Shown here: positions 23,901 to 35,636 of the stretch, one piece after another | Numbering within the stretch: the first letter of the stretch is position 1 | How the letters are laid out: each line of letters opens with the position of its first letter | Source of the DNA: Octopus bimaculoides | Taxonomy: Eukaryota | Reading direction: 5' to 3' | Assembly: GCF_001194135.2 (NCBI RefSeq) | Contig: NC_069000.1 | Location: forward strand, 12,948,208-12,993,868 | Length of the DNA stretch: 45,661 nt | The notes under the pieces: generated by a model | The model's input: the letters and a program-made list of their open reading frames with translations, nothing else | Database searches by the model: none | Told to the model about the DNA's origin: nothing | Position numbers and translations under genes: made by a program

Positions 23901-24874
23901 ATGTATGCTTCCACATGTATCTGTATGTTAGCGTACGAACGTGTGTGTGTATGTGTGTGTGTGTGTGTAGTTTCTGTAGTTTTCGTAGCTTTCCTTCACC
24001 TTGTTGTCCTCTCTCACCCCAATAGATAACCACTTATCGCCACATAGAAACACCAGAAGACTCTCTTCCTCGCCCAGTTTTCTCACTTATTACAATTCTT
24101 CCAGTATCCTCCCTCCCTTCCATCCTTCACCACTACCACCACTACCACCGCTACCACCACCACCACCACTATCAATCCTTATTTTTCTCCATTCACTATT
24201 TGCTTTTCTATCCAATCTTTTATTCTTCAATGTCATTTGCCTTCATCCCAGCTGGCTGGTTCCCTCCATTATGGATGACTTCCATCCCAATTAGCATTAA
24301 TTTCAAATTTGCAACGAAGCCTTTACGAAAACTAGCAGACATAAAAGAAAGCGAACTTGTTACCTTAGAAAAACTGCCTATGGTCGGAGCCAACTATAGG
24401 TCAATAACCCACGGCTTTTGAGTCAGCAAAGGTTCTCTNNNNNNNNNNNNNNNNNNNNNNNNNNNNNNNNNNNNNNNNNNNNNNNNNNNNNNNNNNNNNN
24501 NNNNNNNNNNNNNNNNNNNNNNNNNNNNNNNNNNNNNNNNNNNNNNNNNNNNNNNNNNNNNNNNNNNNNNNNNNNNNNNNNNNNNNNNNNNNNNNNNNNN
24601 NNNNNNNNNNNNNNNNNNNNNNNNNNNNNNNNNNNNNNNNNNNNNNNNNNNNNNNNNNNNNNNNNNNNNNNNNNNNNNNNNNNNNNNNNNNNNNNNNNNN
24701 NNNNNNNNNNNNNNNNNNNNNNNNNNNNNNNNNNNNNNNNNNNNNNNNNNNNNNNNNNNNNNNNNNNNNNNNNNNNNNNNNNNNNNNNNNNNNNNNNNNN
24801 NNNNNNNNNNNNNNNNNNNNNNNNNNNNNNNNNNNNCCACAAGGGCTAATATCAATTAAAAACATATAAGGACA

Positions 24875-24877
<3 letters not shown>

Positions 24878-24907
<30 letters not shown>

Positions 24908-25083
24908 CCTTTCTGTTATAGGCACAAGGCCTGAAATTTGCGGGGAGGGAGGGGGTAAGTCGATTACATCGACCCCAGTGCGTAACTGGTACTTATTTAA
25001 TCGACCACGAAAGAATGAAAGGCAAAATCGACCTCGGCAGAATTTGGTTTCTGAACCCGACGTGCTAACGATTCTACCATGAA

Positions 25084-25155
<72 letters not shown>

Positions 25156-25277
25156 CCTTTCTGTTATAGGCACAAGGCCTGAAATTTGCGGGGAGGGAGG
25201 GGGTAAGTCGATTACATCGACCCCAGTGCGTAACTGGTACTTATTTAATCGACTCCGAAAGGATGAAAGGCAAAGTA
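24878..25277 (-). mobile_element. Two tandem SINE-A copies separated by (AAT)n tail, 248-bp period
   Basis: CCTTTCTGTTATAGGCACAAGGCCTGAAATTTGCGGGGAGGGAGGGGGTAAGTCG is identical at 24908 and 25156. Confidence 0.9.
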
Positions 25278-26076
25278 TGAGTGTACAAATATACATTTAT
25301 GCATGTCTATACGCGTGTATATGCACTTATCACTTGCTAAACTTTTAGAACGTTTTACATATTTCGACAGTGTTTGTAACTACTTCAAATAGGTACTGCG
25401 TTTATATAATCACTATAGAAAACTTAAACTAAATTCTGGATAGAGTAACTACAGACTTAGCTATACATATACGTACGTATGCATTTATGTATGTTGTTCT
25501 CTTCTATTTTAATTACTTGAAATCTTTCCAATTAGGAAGGAGCTGGTTTCTAACACAGATACAAAGCTCCATCGTTGGAGTCTAGATAACAAAAAACAAA
25601 AATGTTATATGTTGAACTCGAGAAAATGTACGTAAATATGTGTGTGTGTATGCATTCATGAATGTAAGACATTTTAGAGGTTCTTCAGAGAATGTAAGCT
25701 GTTCAGTAACAAGATGACTAGGCTCTTTTTTTTTTTTACTAGTGTGCTTATGAACAGAGAAGTTACCTCACAACACCACATCACCGAAGATTTCTTGAAG
25801 AAGGGGTACTAAAACTCGAAATATTAAACCAACCAGCGACTTGTTTTATTTCTTATTGATTGCATTGTTTTAACATTAAAAAATGTAATACACGCACACA
25901 GATACACACACATACACACACACACATACATACACACACACACACACGCACACGTGCTCATATATCAGTTTGAGAAAGAACACACCATTTCTTTATCTCC
26001 TCTCCCATCAAGATATCCGTCTTCTTTCCATAACTATTCTTCACCCACTTCTTTCTTTTTTCTCCCTCTTTCTCTT

Positions 26077-26197
<121 letters not shown>

Positions 26198-27010
26198 GTT
26201 TCTTCACTTTCTCTCTTAAACTCACTTTTCCACTTGTGTACTTAACTCGTGAAAATAGACAGAAAATTCTCTAAAATGTTGAAATAGGAAGAAATAAGAA
26301 AAAATCCGGATTAAAATTCTGAATTTGAGATAGTTTCACACATATACATACACACACACACATACATACACACACACACACACACACATACAGTGTATGC
26401 GTGAGTATGTGTGCATATTGTATGTACGAAGTATAAACTGATTTAAAGACACCTTTGTGTTGCAGGTGTGGAGAAGGAAAGAGGATTATCTCAAGGAAAA
26501 ACTTTTCAATGCTTTTGTGTACAATACTTACAAGAAAGAGAGATGGACAGGTTCAAGTGGTCGAAAGACCTATGAGAAATAGCAGCTAAGTCTTCTTTAA
26601 ATCACACCGCTAGATAGTTCGTCTAAAATATAAGAAAATAAAGATGGAATGCACAAGGCCGGAATACTTATTTGTTTTATGCCTGTTCAGTCATGACTGA
26701 AATGCATTTAAAACAACATAAGCTATATAATCTTGAGACAAGTCGACAGTAGAATCTGGACAATTGACTTGCTAAAAATTGCAACCAAGTCACATACACC
26801 CTCTCGCAAAATTACATCTTGCTAGCTTAAAGAATGGATACACTAAGATAAGTCGTTCTCAGCCATTGTTTTTGCCTATGGACCTCTTTGATTCCCATTT
26901 TAGTTGGATGGACCCACATAAGTTATTTAATGTGTTTTTGGTATTTCTATAATTTATTACCAGGAATTACATTGAAAAAGAAATTGGTAAAATATTATTG
27001 AAATATAACT

Positions 27011-27165
27011 TATTGGTTTCAAATTTTAGCACAAGGCCAACAATGCCAGTGGTGGGGTGGGATAAGTCGATTACATTGACCCCAGTGCTCAATTGGTATT
27101 TATTTTATCGACTCTGAAATGATAAAAAGCAAAGACGACTTCAGCGGAATTTGAACTCGGGGCGC
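27011..27165 (-). mobile_element. SINE-A, 5'-truncated
   Basis: TTTCAAATTTTAGCACAAGGCC...TAAGTCGATTACATTGACCCCAGTGCTC...GGAATTTGAACTC. Confidence 0.85.
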
Positions 27166-27564
27166 AAATCTAATATGGACTCCCAACGGTCATATAGGCT
27201 CCGCTTGAGAACCAGCACATGCAGTTGTACATTTCTCTGGAAAGGGATAATCACAGTTGGAAATAACTTTGATCCTAGACTTATTCGACAATGGCCTTTC
27301 GAACAGCAAGAAGGCATTTCCCCACCGCGCTTTTATTGCAATCTCAAGTAGTGAGTCATTTAGGTTACCGTTAAAATTTTAACAGAGCGGCGGAAACTCA
27401 AGCTACGCCATTGTTTATGGCCGTGAGAATATGCATTGTTAATGTTGCCGTTTGGCTACGAATCACCTGCAGTCAAAAACATTCGAGCATGACGTTTTGC
27501 TTTTATTTCCAGTCTCATCATAATTTGTTTTTGTTTTTGTTTTTGTTTTTTGGTTTTGGGTCAA

Positions 27565-27925
27565 GCATAGCTATGTTGCGAAGAAAGTCACTTTGCACCC
27601 ACGTGACTTCGGGTTCAATCCCGTTCTCCGGCACCTTGGGCAAATGCTTACTAACTTAGTGCCGGACCGTCCAGTGCCTCGTGAGTGAATTTAATCAACT
27701 GTAATTGTGTTGAAGCCCATCATACGTACATACATGCATACATACATACATACATACATACATACACACATACATTGTGTGTGTATGTGTGTGGGTGTGT
27801 ATATCTTTGTGTTAGTGTCTACCCCTCCTCTACCGTTTGGAAACCATCGTTGGTTTGTTTACGTTCCTGTACTTTAGTGGCTCGGCAAAAGAAGCTGATA
27901 GAATGAGTATGAGACCTTCACAAAG
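27565..27925 (+). mobile_element. Old SINE-B copy
   Basis: GGGTTCAATCCC (B box), GGCACCTTGGGCAAATG, GTGAGTGAATTT, internal microsatellite, TTTACGTTCCTGTACTTTAGTGGCTCGGCAAAAG...GATAGAATGAGTA. Confidence 0.72.
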
Positions 27926-28844
27926 AGGATTTTGATTTTGACAGCACTGAGGAAGGCCGTGCTGNNNNNNNNNNNNNNNNNNNNNNNNNNNNNNNNNNNN
28001 NNNNNNNNNNNNNNNNNNNNNNNNNNNNNNNNNNNNNNNNNNNNNNNNNNNNNNNNNNNNNNNNNNNNNNNNNNNNNNNNNNNNNNNNNNNNNNNNNNNN
28101 NNNNNNNNNNNNNNNNNNNNNNNNNNNNNNNNNNNNNNNNNNNNNNNNNNNNNNNNNNNNNNNNNNNNNNNNNNNNNNNNNNNNNGGTGACAGAGGCTCA
28201 GTCGGATGGCGGGAACAGCAATAGTGATGGGAATGGTGGTAGTGGTGGCGGTGGTGGTAGTGGTGTTGACGGTGATGACGGCAGTGACCGTAGTGGTGGA
28301 AGTCGGAGCGGCGGCGGCGGCGGCGGCGGCAGTGGTTGCGGAGGGGACGGTGGCAGCAGCAGTAGTAGCGGTGACAGCATCGGCGGCGTCTGCAACAGCG
28401 GCAGCGGCGGTGACTGAAGCTTAATTTATTGGGAAGGTTAATATTAGCGCAAAGACGGGAGGAACGCGAACTCCAACAACAGCCTACGACAACCTGTACC
28501 GTAGACTACAAACATAAATCTTATGTCTACTTCAGAGGCCCCTCTCAATGTCATTTGTTATTGTTGTAGCCGTCGTCGTCGTCGTCGTCGTCGTTGTTGT
28601 TGTTGTTCTAAGTGGCGAAGAGAGAAAGGGAGACTGTCACTGCAGCAGCAGCATCTAACAGGTGGGTGTATACGGGTGGAGGACGATGGAACAGTTCAAG
28701 CGTGTCAGATGTGAGTTGTCAGTCTAGCCAAGTGTCACACAGTCTCGGGTGTCGCTCGTTTTAAAAAAGATGAACCGTTGACACTTTCAGTGACTCGTAG
28801 ACACGACGGCAACTCTCCACACCACCCTACGTGCCTACCAACTA

Positions 28845-28853
28845 CTACTACAA

Positions 28854-28913
<60 letters not shown>
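28845..28913. repeat. (TAC)n microsatellite
   Basis: Directly visible. Confidence 0.97.
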
Positions 28914-28915
<2 letters not shown>

Positions 28916-29076
28916 ACTTTGTGCTTCTCTCCTTTCTACCCAGTCACATACAAGCGATCGTCGTGTAGAGAAGCCATCCTCCGATGAATTCACGTATAAA
29001 ATATATTTACATACAGACACACACACAAACACATATATATTTATATATATAAATTCATGTGTGTAATTCTGTACGT

Positions 29077-29144
<68 letters not shown>

Positions 29145-29277
29145 TGTGTGTTGTTTGTGCCCACGCGAATATGTGTACGTACGCATATATCCCTTCCCTT
29201 CCAAAAAACGTCGTCACTACATTTGCAGTCATTCACATAAAACTGTCCGAAGCTTTCATACCATCAATCACTGCGTG

Positions 29278-29319
<42 letters not shown>

Positions 29320-29676
29320 GGCCAATTACAAACATTCTATAACATAAACATACCGGAAAAAACATCGTTTTACATTAGACACACAATAATAAAAATGTTT
29401 TTAAACGTATACGGCTAATGCGAATGGGATTTAATTTACCTTAACCTCTGTATATATATTGACTTAGAAGAGGTGAAGTGTACACAGCTGGACTTGAACC
29501 CAGAACAATGATGGTACAAATCAAGAAACTAAGACCTTTTATACCAGTTTTCTCAACTGCGGTCAATATAAGATTTTGTCGTTAAAATAAATTGGTTATA
29601 TTTCTGCAATATAACAAGATATTTAAAAAAAATTTTTGAAACAATTTATTTTAATATCTATATATAAAAAGAAATT

Positions 29677-29747
29677 GCGGTGAGCTGGCAGAATTGTTAG
29701 CAAGCCGTGTTCAATCATGGCTACAGTCAAATGACTGAAGCCAGTAA

Positions 29748-29750
<3 letters not shown>
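29677..29750 (+). mobile_element. Mini chimeric SINE: SINE-A head fused to SINE-B/CR1-type tail
   Basis: GCGGTGAGCTGGCAGAATTGTTAGCAAGCCG joined to TGTTCAATCATGGCTACAGTCAAATGACTGAAGCCAGTAAAA. Confidence 0.7.
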
Positions 29751-29782
<32 letters not shown>

Positions 29783-30088
29783 TTCAAAAAAACAATAACA
29801 AAAAAAAACAACAAAGTGAGGACGTGATACGGATAGTGTTATTGGACGCTCAGGAAAGGAAAGAGAGAATATATATNNNNNNNNNNNNNNNNNNNNNNNN
29901 NNNNNNNNNNNNNNNNNNNNNNNNNNNNNNNNNNNNNNNNNNNNNNNNNNNNNNNNNNNNNNNNNNNNNNNNNNNNNNNNNNNNNNNNNNNNNNNNNNNN
30001 NNNNNNNNNNNNNNNNNNNNNNNNNNNNNNNNNNNNNNNNNNNNNNNNNNNNNNNNNNNNNNNNNNNNNNNNNNNNNNNNNNNNNNNN

Positions 30089-30196
30089 TTTGTCCTTGTT
30101 CTTTTGCCACGTCATGTACCCAGTTATGTATCTATATGTACATGTAGATGAACGTATATACATACATGTACATATATATGCATATACTCATATATT

Positions 30197-30200
<4 letters not shown>
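30089..30200 (+). mobile_element. Repeat family D, 3' part
   Basis: ACGTCATGTACCCAGTTATGTATCTATATGTACATGTAGATG...GCATATACTCA matches 5843-5925. Confidence 0.7.
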
Positions 30201-30245
<45 letters not shown>

Positions 30246-30246
<1 letters not shown>

Positions 30247-30412
30247 GACGGGCGTCTTTCAGTTTCCGTCTATTAAATCCACTCACAAGAGTTTGGCCGG
30301 CCCCAGGCTATAGCATTCTAACACACATGTCTAAGGTGCCACGCAGTGGGACTGAACCCGTTACCATGTGGTCTGGAAGCAAATTTCTTACCACACAGCC
30401 ACGCTTGCGCCT
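30246..30412 (-). mobile_element. SINE-B 5' half
   Basis: CGACGGGCGTCTTTCAGTTTCCGTC...AATCCACTCACAAG...AAGGTGCCACGCAGTGGGACTGAACCCG...CTTACCACACAGCCACGCTTGCGCC. Confidence 0.88.
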
Positions 30413-31477
30413 GTGTTCTTGAATTTCCACTGAAAGAACTTTGTATAGATCTATATTGGAAACCGGCTCTTAGCTCAGTGGCAAGAAATCGAGAAATAAA
30501 ACAAAATAATGACATACAAACACACGCTCTTACATGTATACATTCAATGTATGAAATTTACCAGGCTACACGACAGAAGATTAAGAAAACAGCATGAAGT
30601 TCCTGACTAGGCTGTTTTACTTTCAGTATTTTACAGTAAAGAATGAACTAAAAGTTGAATTGACAGACGGAGTGTCAACATTTGAGGTCAATACCTTGAC
30701 ATCCAAGTCAGATTCTTTATTGATTCACCCAACACTACAGGTAAATGTACGTGAATAGAACCGCGTTTTGAGCTGGGTCAACATATGCAGACCATATTTG
30801 TGTTTGTGTGTATGTGTGTGTGTATGTATATATGCATGCATATATATATATAGGAAATTTCATAGAGAAACGTTCTGCATAGTAAATACAAGTCAGAAAT
30901 GCAAATATTTTTAGTCTCACGTTTGCAATATGAGTCGGAAAATTATGATTATCCAAGTAATTATTTGAGAAAAACTCCTTACCATAATACCTCCAAAATG
31001 TCTCAAAATTTCAGTCATCTGATCTCATAGGAATTATTCCCCTTCTTTGTTGTTTGAGATTTTTGATAGCGGGACCTTTATTTTTACCTGCTTAGATATT
31101 CTCAGTAGCATATATTGTCTACTTTGATATTTTCGGTTGTTTTAGGATTTTAAAATTGATAAATAAATGTATGTGAGTTCCTACCGTATTCACGTTTGAG
31201 TATCGTTGGCGAAGATGGGAATGCTCACTAAGATTTGAATTTTCAGTTACTGAAATCAATATATTGCTTTGTATGCATAAACGACGGAATCCCCTATTTC
31301 GTAAATCCCTCCTCGTAAATCATGAATATTTTCAATATTCTGAATGTTAACATATTCTGGCGGCAAATTCTTCACCGTCATCAGCAGCAGCATTGTTAAC
31401 AGCATTGTTCGTAGTTGAAATGGTTTAATCTTTGTATGAACGATATAGATCTTTTCTCTTATATTTATTTCAATCAT

Positions 31478-31828
31478 TGAACTACGACCATACTGGGGCA
31501 CATCCTTGAGGAATTTTAGTCGCACACATCTACCCCAATGCTTACTTGTTCTTAGGTCTGATACTTATTCTATCAAACTCTTAGCCGAACCGCTAAGTTA
31601 CGGTGATGTAAACAAACTAACAACGGATGTCAAGTGATGGGAGTGTCGGGGGCAAACACAGACACGTATGTATACGATGTGCTTCTTTCATATTCCATAA
31701 ATCCAGTCACAAGATTTTAGTCAGCCCAGGGCTATAGTTGAAGACATTTACCCAAGGTTTGGCATAGTAAAACCGAAGCAGAAATCATGCGGTTGCAAAA
31801 CGAACTTCTAAGCCACACCGCCATGTCT
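31478..31828 (-). mobile_element. Old SINE-B, near full length
   Basis: TACTTATTCTATC...GCCGAACCGCTAAGTTACGG...AATCCAGTCACAAG...GCTATAG...CCCAAGG...AAGCCACACCGCCATG. Confidence 0.8.
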
Positions 31829-32142
31829 ATCGATATTCAATTTTTTTTCTCACAACTTTCGCTGTGTGACAATATTATAATCTCCGTCGATAGCTGGACT
31901 ATCGATGAGAAGCATATTTTAAAATAATATGTATGGCGATGATTACGGAATCGATCTAAGGAGAAATTATTTGATAGCTAATGTATTACGTTACCTGGTG
32001 GGGAGAATAATATAGCATAAGATAATATCCCTACTGGATGGAAATAAATGGTATAAGCTGTAATTATTAGATGTATGACGTTACATTTCATTCTGTTGAC
32101 AAAATAAATAGTGAAATAAAGTATTTATATAAGTACATGCAT

Positions 32143-32146
<4 letters not shown>

Positions 32147-32238
<92 letters not shown>

Positions 32239-32315
32239 CGCTCATGCACACACACATACACACACACACACACACACACGCTCGCTCATGCACACACACA
32301 CACACACACAAACAC
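32147..32315. repeat. (CA)n with a 44-bp re-duplicated CGCTCGCTCATG interruption
   Basis: CGCTCGCTCATGCA at 32235 and 32279 inside (CA)n. Confidence 0.9.
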
Positions 32316-33141
32316 ACAGATACAAGTATGCACGTACGTACACACAAAGATAGTGTCTAGTTAGATTGACTAGACTTTGGTTAGTAATATGGAGAGATGA
32401 ATACAAGATCTTATCTATCTATCTATCTATCTATCTATTTATCTGTATGTATGTGGATATGTATGTATGTATTTATGTATGTATGCACATGTGTGTATAT
32501 ATATTTTGATAGACAGATGTAGATAGTACATGTTAATCAATTATAACAAACATTCGAAAAAACAAAACGGAAAAAAAAAATGAGAGAAACACAGTAATTT
32601 CGTCTGTAAATCGAGAGCAGAAGGGAAATCCTGCTATGTTAGACACTAAGAGCAAATTTATCTCACGCGGTTTTGCTACATTAACAAAGCCAATTCTGTA
32701 TGCATCAATTATTATATCAGCGTCATGGTATAAACACTTGGTGTTAGAGTTAAACCAACGCTTCAATTTACTGAAGTTGTTGTTGCTGTTTAGCTCCAAA
32801 TGAGAACCGTTCCAACCGTGTCCGTGTCGTCTTTTATTGGAACATGGTGCAGCTAGAGCAACCATGGGCAGCACTGTTTCGAGGAGAGGGTTCTACGCCA
32901 CATGAGACATAATGAAGCGAGCTGTATTACTCAAAAAAGATTGAAGATATCTTTTTTCGCTAGGCCATTGAGAAAGTCTCACAAAACGTTGGTTGCCCAG
33001 GACTAAAAAGTCATTGAAATGAATCAAAAGTGGGTCGTTGAGCGACATCGCATAAGATGGCGGAGATAAAATTGCACCTCTAGAAGATTATATTTTAAGG
33101 GCTTCATAAAGTTCTGCATTATAACAAGACAAGTCCGTTGT

Positions 33142-33480
33142 ATTTTATTTATTTATTTATTTATGGGTTTCAGCCAAGTGGCTGTGGTCATGCTGGAGCA
33201 CCACCGTGATTTTCTGTCTTTATGCTTTGCTCTTTTCACGTTCTTTGCATGGCTCTTCTCCTGCACCTGATATAGTCCAATCAAGAGTGTTGATGGCACA
33301 TCTGGTGTATAAGAGAATTTGACATCGATGCCCTAAACTGTGTCTCATTTCGAGCCATTGGTTCGTCTGGTATCGTGGAGAGGAAAGCGTCGAGTTTTGT
33401 CTTGAAGACCTCCACATCCGTGTCTTGCAGGTCTCTCAAATGTTTTGGCAGGGCATTGAAGAGCCCTGCCAAAACATTTG
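33142..33480 (-). mobile_element. 5'-truncated CR1/L2-group LINE 3' end (ORF2 C-terminus, 3' UTR, (TAAA)n tail)
   Basis: Peptide LFNALPKHLRDLQDTDVEVFKTKLDAFLSTIPDEP...RASMSNSLIHQ fits the ORF2 C-terminal signature LFNxLP...FKxxLDxFL of CR1/L2-type LINEs. It is followed by a stop, a short UTR, a terminal stem-loop and (ATAA)n. Confidence 0.85.
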
Positions 33481-34541
33481 TATATATATGTATATATATA
33501 TAACGTGAGAGAGTTAGGGGTTGGGGGGTTCAACCCACTAAGGGATAGTATCTATCCAGTATACTGCTGGGAAGGTACCCAATTATTGCTACACTAGTGC
33601 TATACTAGGTGCAATCAATGGGAGCGGGTAAAAGTGAAGGTTTTACCCAAAATTTGTGTAACATATATGTATGTATATATGTATATATATAAATGTATGT
33701 ATATATTTATGTCACAGCACGAGAGTGGAAAATACCTACACTATCACATTCCCCTTCTCTGCGCCCTTGTTACATTAACATCGTTGTATCGACATGGAGG
33801 GTATTCGTAGACTTGCAACAAGACATAATGAATAAAATAAAATAAAATAAATAAATAGATAAATTACAACATACAATAAAAATGCGTAATTAGCTAGATA
33901 ACGAGCATCCGGGTAGTTTGCATCACATGTCTTTTTTTTTTTTTAGCTTTTGGCGGCCATACTTCTGTTATACTGAACGCATCTCTCCAGACAAGACCGA
34001 CATTATTACCGCCAGGGAAGCAGGCGTCTTTCTTGGGTGGGTTGATGTGTGTATTGTTAGATGCTTTACACAAAGCTAGAGTGCAGCTAACGAGAGGTCA
34101 TTCCCTGATTTACCGGGTCACTAGACACAGGAGTCTTTCGCTCCACCCAACATACCGGCCGCTGATGTTACGCCTCTTTAACCCATCTGCTAATCTATGT
34201 ACACATAGAGCGCATACGCAGTGTATNNNNNNNNNNNNNNNNNNNNNNNNNNNNNNNNNNNNNNNNNNNNNNNNNNNNNNNNNNNNNNNNNNNNNNNNNN
34301 NNNNNNNNNNNNNNNNNNNNNNNNNNNNNNNNNNNNNNNNNNNNNNNNNNNNNNNNNNNNNNNNNNNNNNNNNNNNNNNNNNNNNNNNNNNNNNNNNNNN
34401 NNNNNNNNNNNNNNNNNNNNNNNNNNNNNNNNNNNNNNNNNNNNNNNNNNNNNNNNNNNNNNNNNNNNNNNNNNNNNNNNNNNNNNNNNNNNNNNNNNNN
34501 NNNNNNNNNNNNNNNNNNNNNNNNNNNNNNNNNNNNNNNNN

Positions 34542-34817
34542 TGTTTTAATCATTAGACTGTTGCCATGCTGGGGCACCGCCTTGAAGTGTTTTAGTCAAA
34601 AGAATCGACCCCCAGTAAGTTTTTTTTTAAGTCCGATATTTATTCTATCGGAATCTTTTGCCGAACAGCTAGTACACAACTGGTATTTAATTTATCGAAT
34701 CTGAAAAGATGAAAGGCAAAGTCGACCTCAGTGGAATTTGAACTCAGAACGTAAAGACAGACGAAATACCGCTAAGCATTTCGCCCGGCGAGCTAACATT
34801 TCTACAATCTCACCATT
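34542..34817 (-). mobile_element. Chimeric SINE: SINE-A head and body joined to SINE-B 3' half
   Basis: 34671-34817 matches SINE-A (GGCAAAGTCGACCTC...GAACTCAGAACGTAAAGACAGACGAAATACCGCTAAGC). 34542-34670 matches the SINE-B tail (CCATGCTGGGGCACCGCC...TTTTGCCGAAC). Confidence 0.82.
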
Positions 34818-35442
34818 TTAGAATCCTATGTATTCAATCATGGCCTTTCACTGTAATTTTTCTTCTCCAGCCCTCGACTACACACACACACACACATGCA
34901 AACACTAACACACTTAAACACATGCATGCAGGTGTGCATATACACTCTAACATGCAATTCACACAAACAATACAACCAGGCGTGACCAAATATGTATAAA
35001 TTCGAAGTTTCGTACATATTCTATACAATATTTTTTGTTATACATATAATGCCGCGTCCACAACCACCAGTTCTTTGTCTTGTATCCAGCCCTTTGCAAA
35101 TATCGAGCGCGTGTTCTGGGCCTTTACAAATCTTTTGTTCAGCCTGAGGCTTTTCCTTCAGATAACCACTCACATTTGTCTGTTCTAATTTTCTTAGTTA
35201 CACACGTCATACTGAGATTCTCGCACCATTTATATACACGGATATACACTCTCATATTTACTTATTTATTTATCTGCTTATTTGGGTGTAAGTAGGTGCA
35301 TATCTGAGGACATCACTTACGCTAGGCATCCCATGGCCATGTCCACAATACGCTTTTGTTTGCATCTGCAGTGACAAACACAAAGACGCAAGCATATACA
35401 TTGGTATGCACACACATTATACGCATAGACATATGCGTTCCT

Positions 35443-35478
<36 letters not shown>

Positions 35479-35555
35479 TTCTTTACGTATATCTGTCTTC
35501 CTATGTATCTTCTATCCATCTTTGTACATATATATATATATAATATATGAGAGTA

Positions 35556-35636
<81 letters not shown>

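Noticed and set aside
26466-26620. Acceptor TTGCAG| followed by a short open frame (VWRRKEDYLKEKLF...)
   Set aside because: It stops without a good donor, and the downstream sequence looks like a decayed interspersed repeat.
28198-28424. Gly/Ser-rich, Pro-rich and Ala/Val-rich ORFs
   Set aside because: They are open on both strands because of GGN/GCN triplet mosaics that are common in this window.
32861-32903. Kozak-like GCAACCATGG starting MGSTVSRRGFYAT*
   Set aside because: The ORF is 13 codons with no credible splice donor before the stop.
33950-34120. 5S rRNA-like words (CGGCCATAC, CTGAACGC, ACCGCCAGGGAA, TACCGGGT)
   Set aside because: Their spacing is not collinear with the 120-nt 5S sequence and the internal control region is missing.
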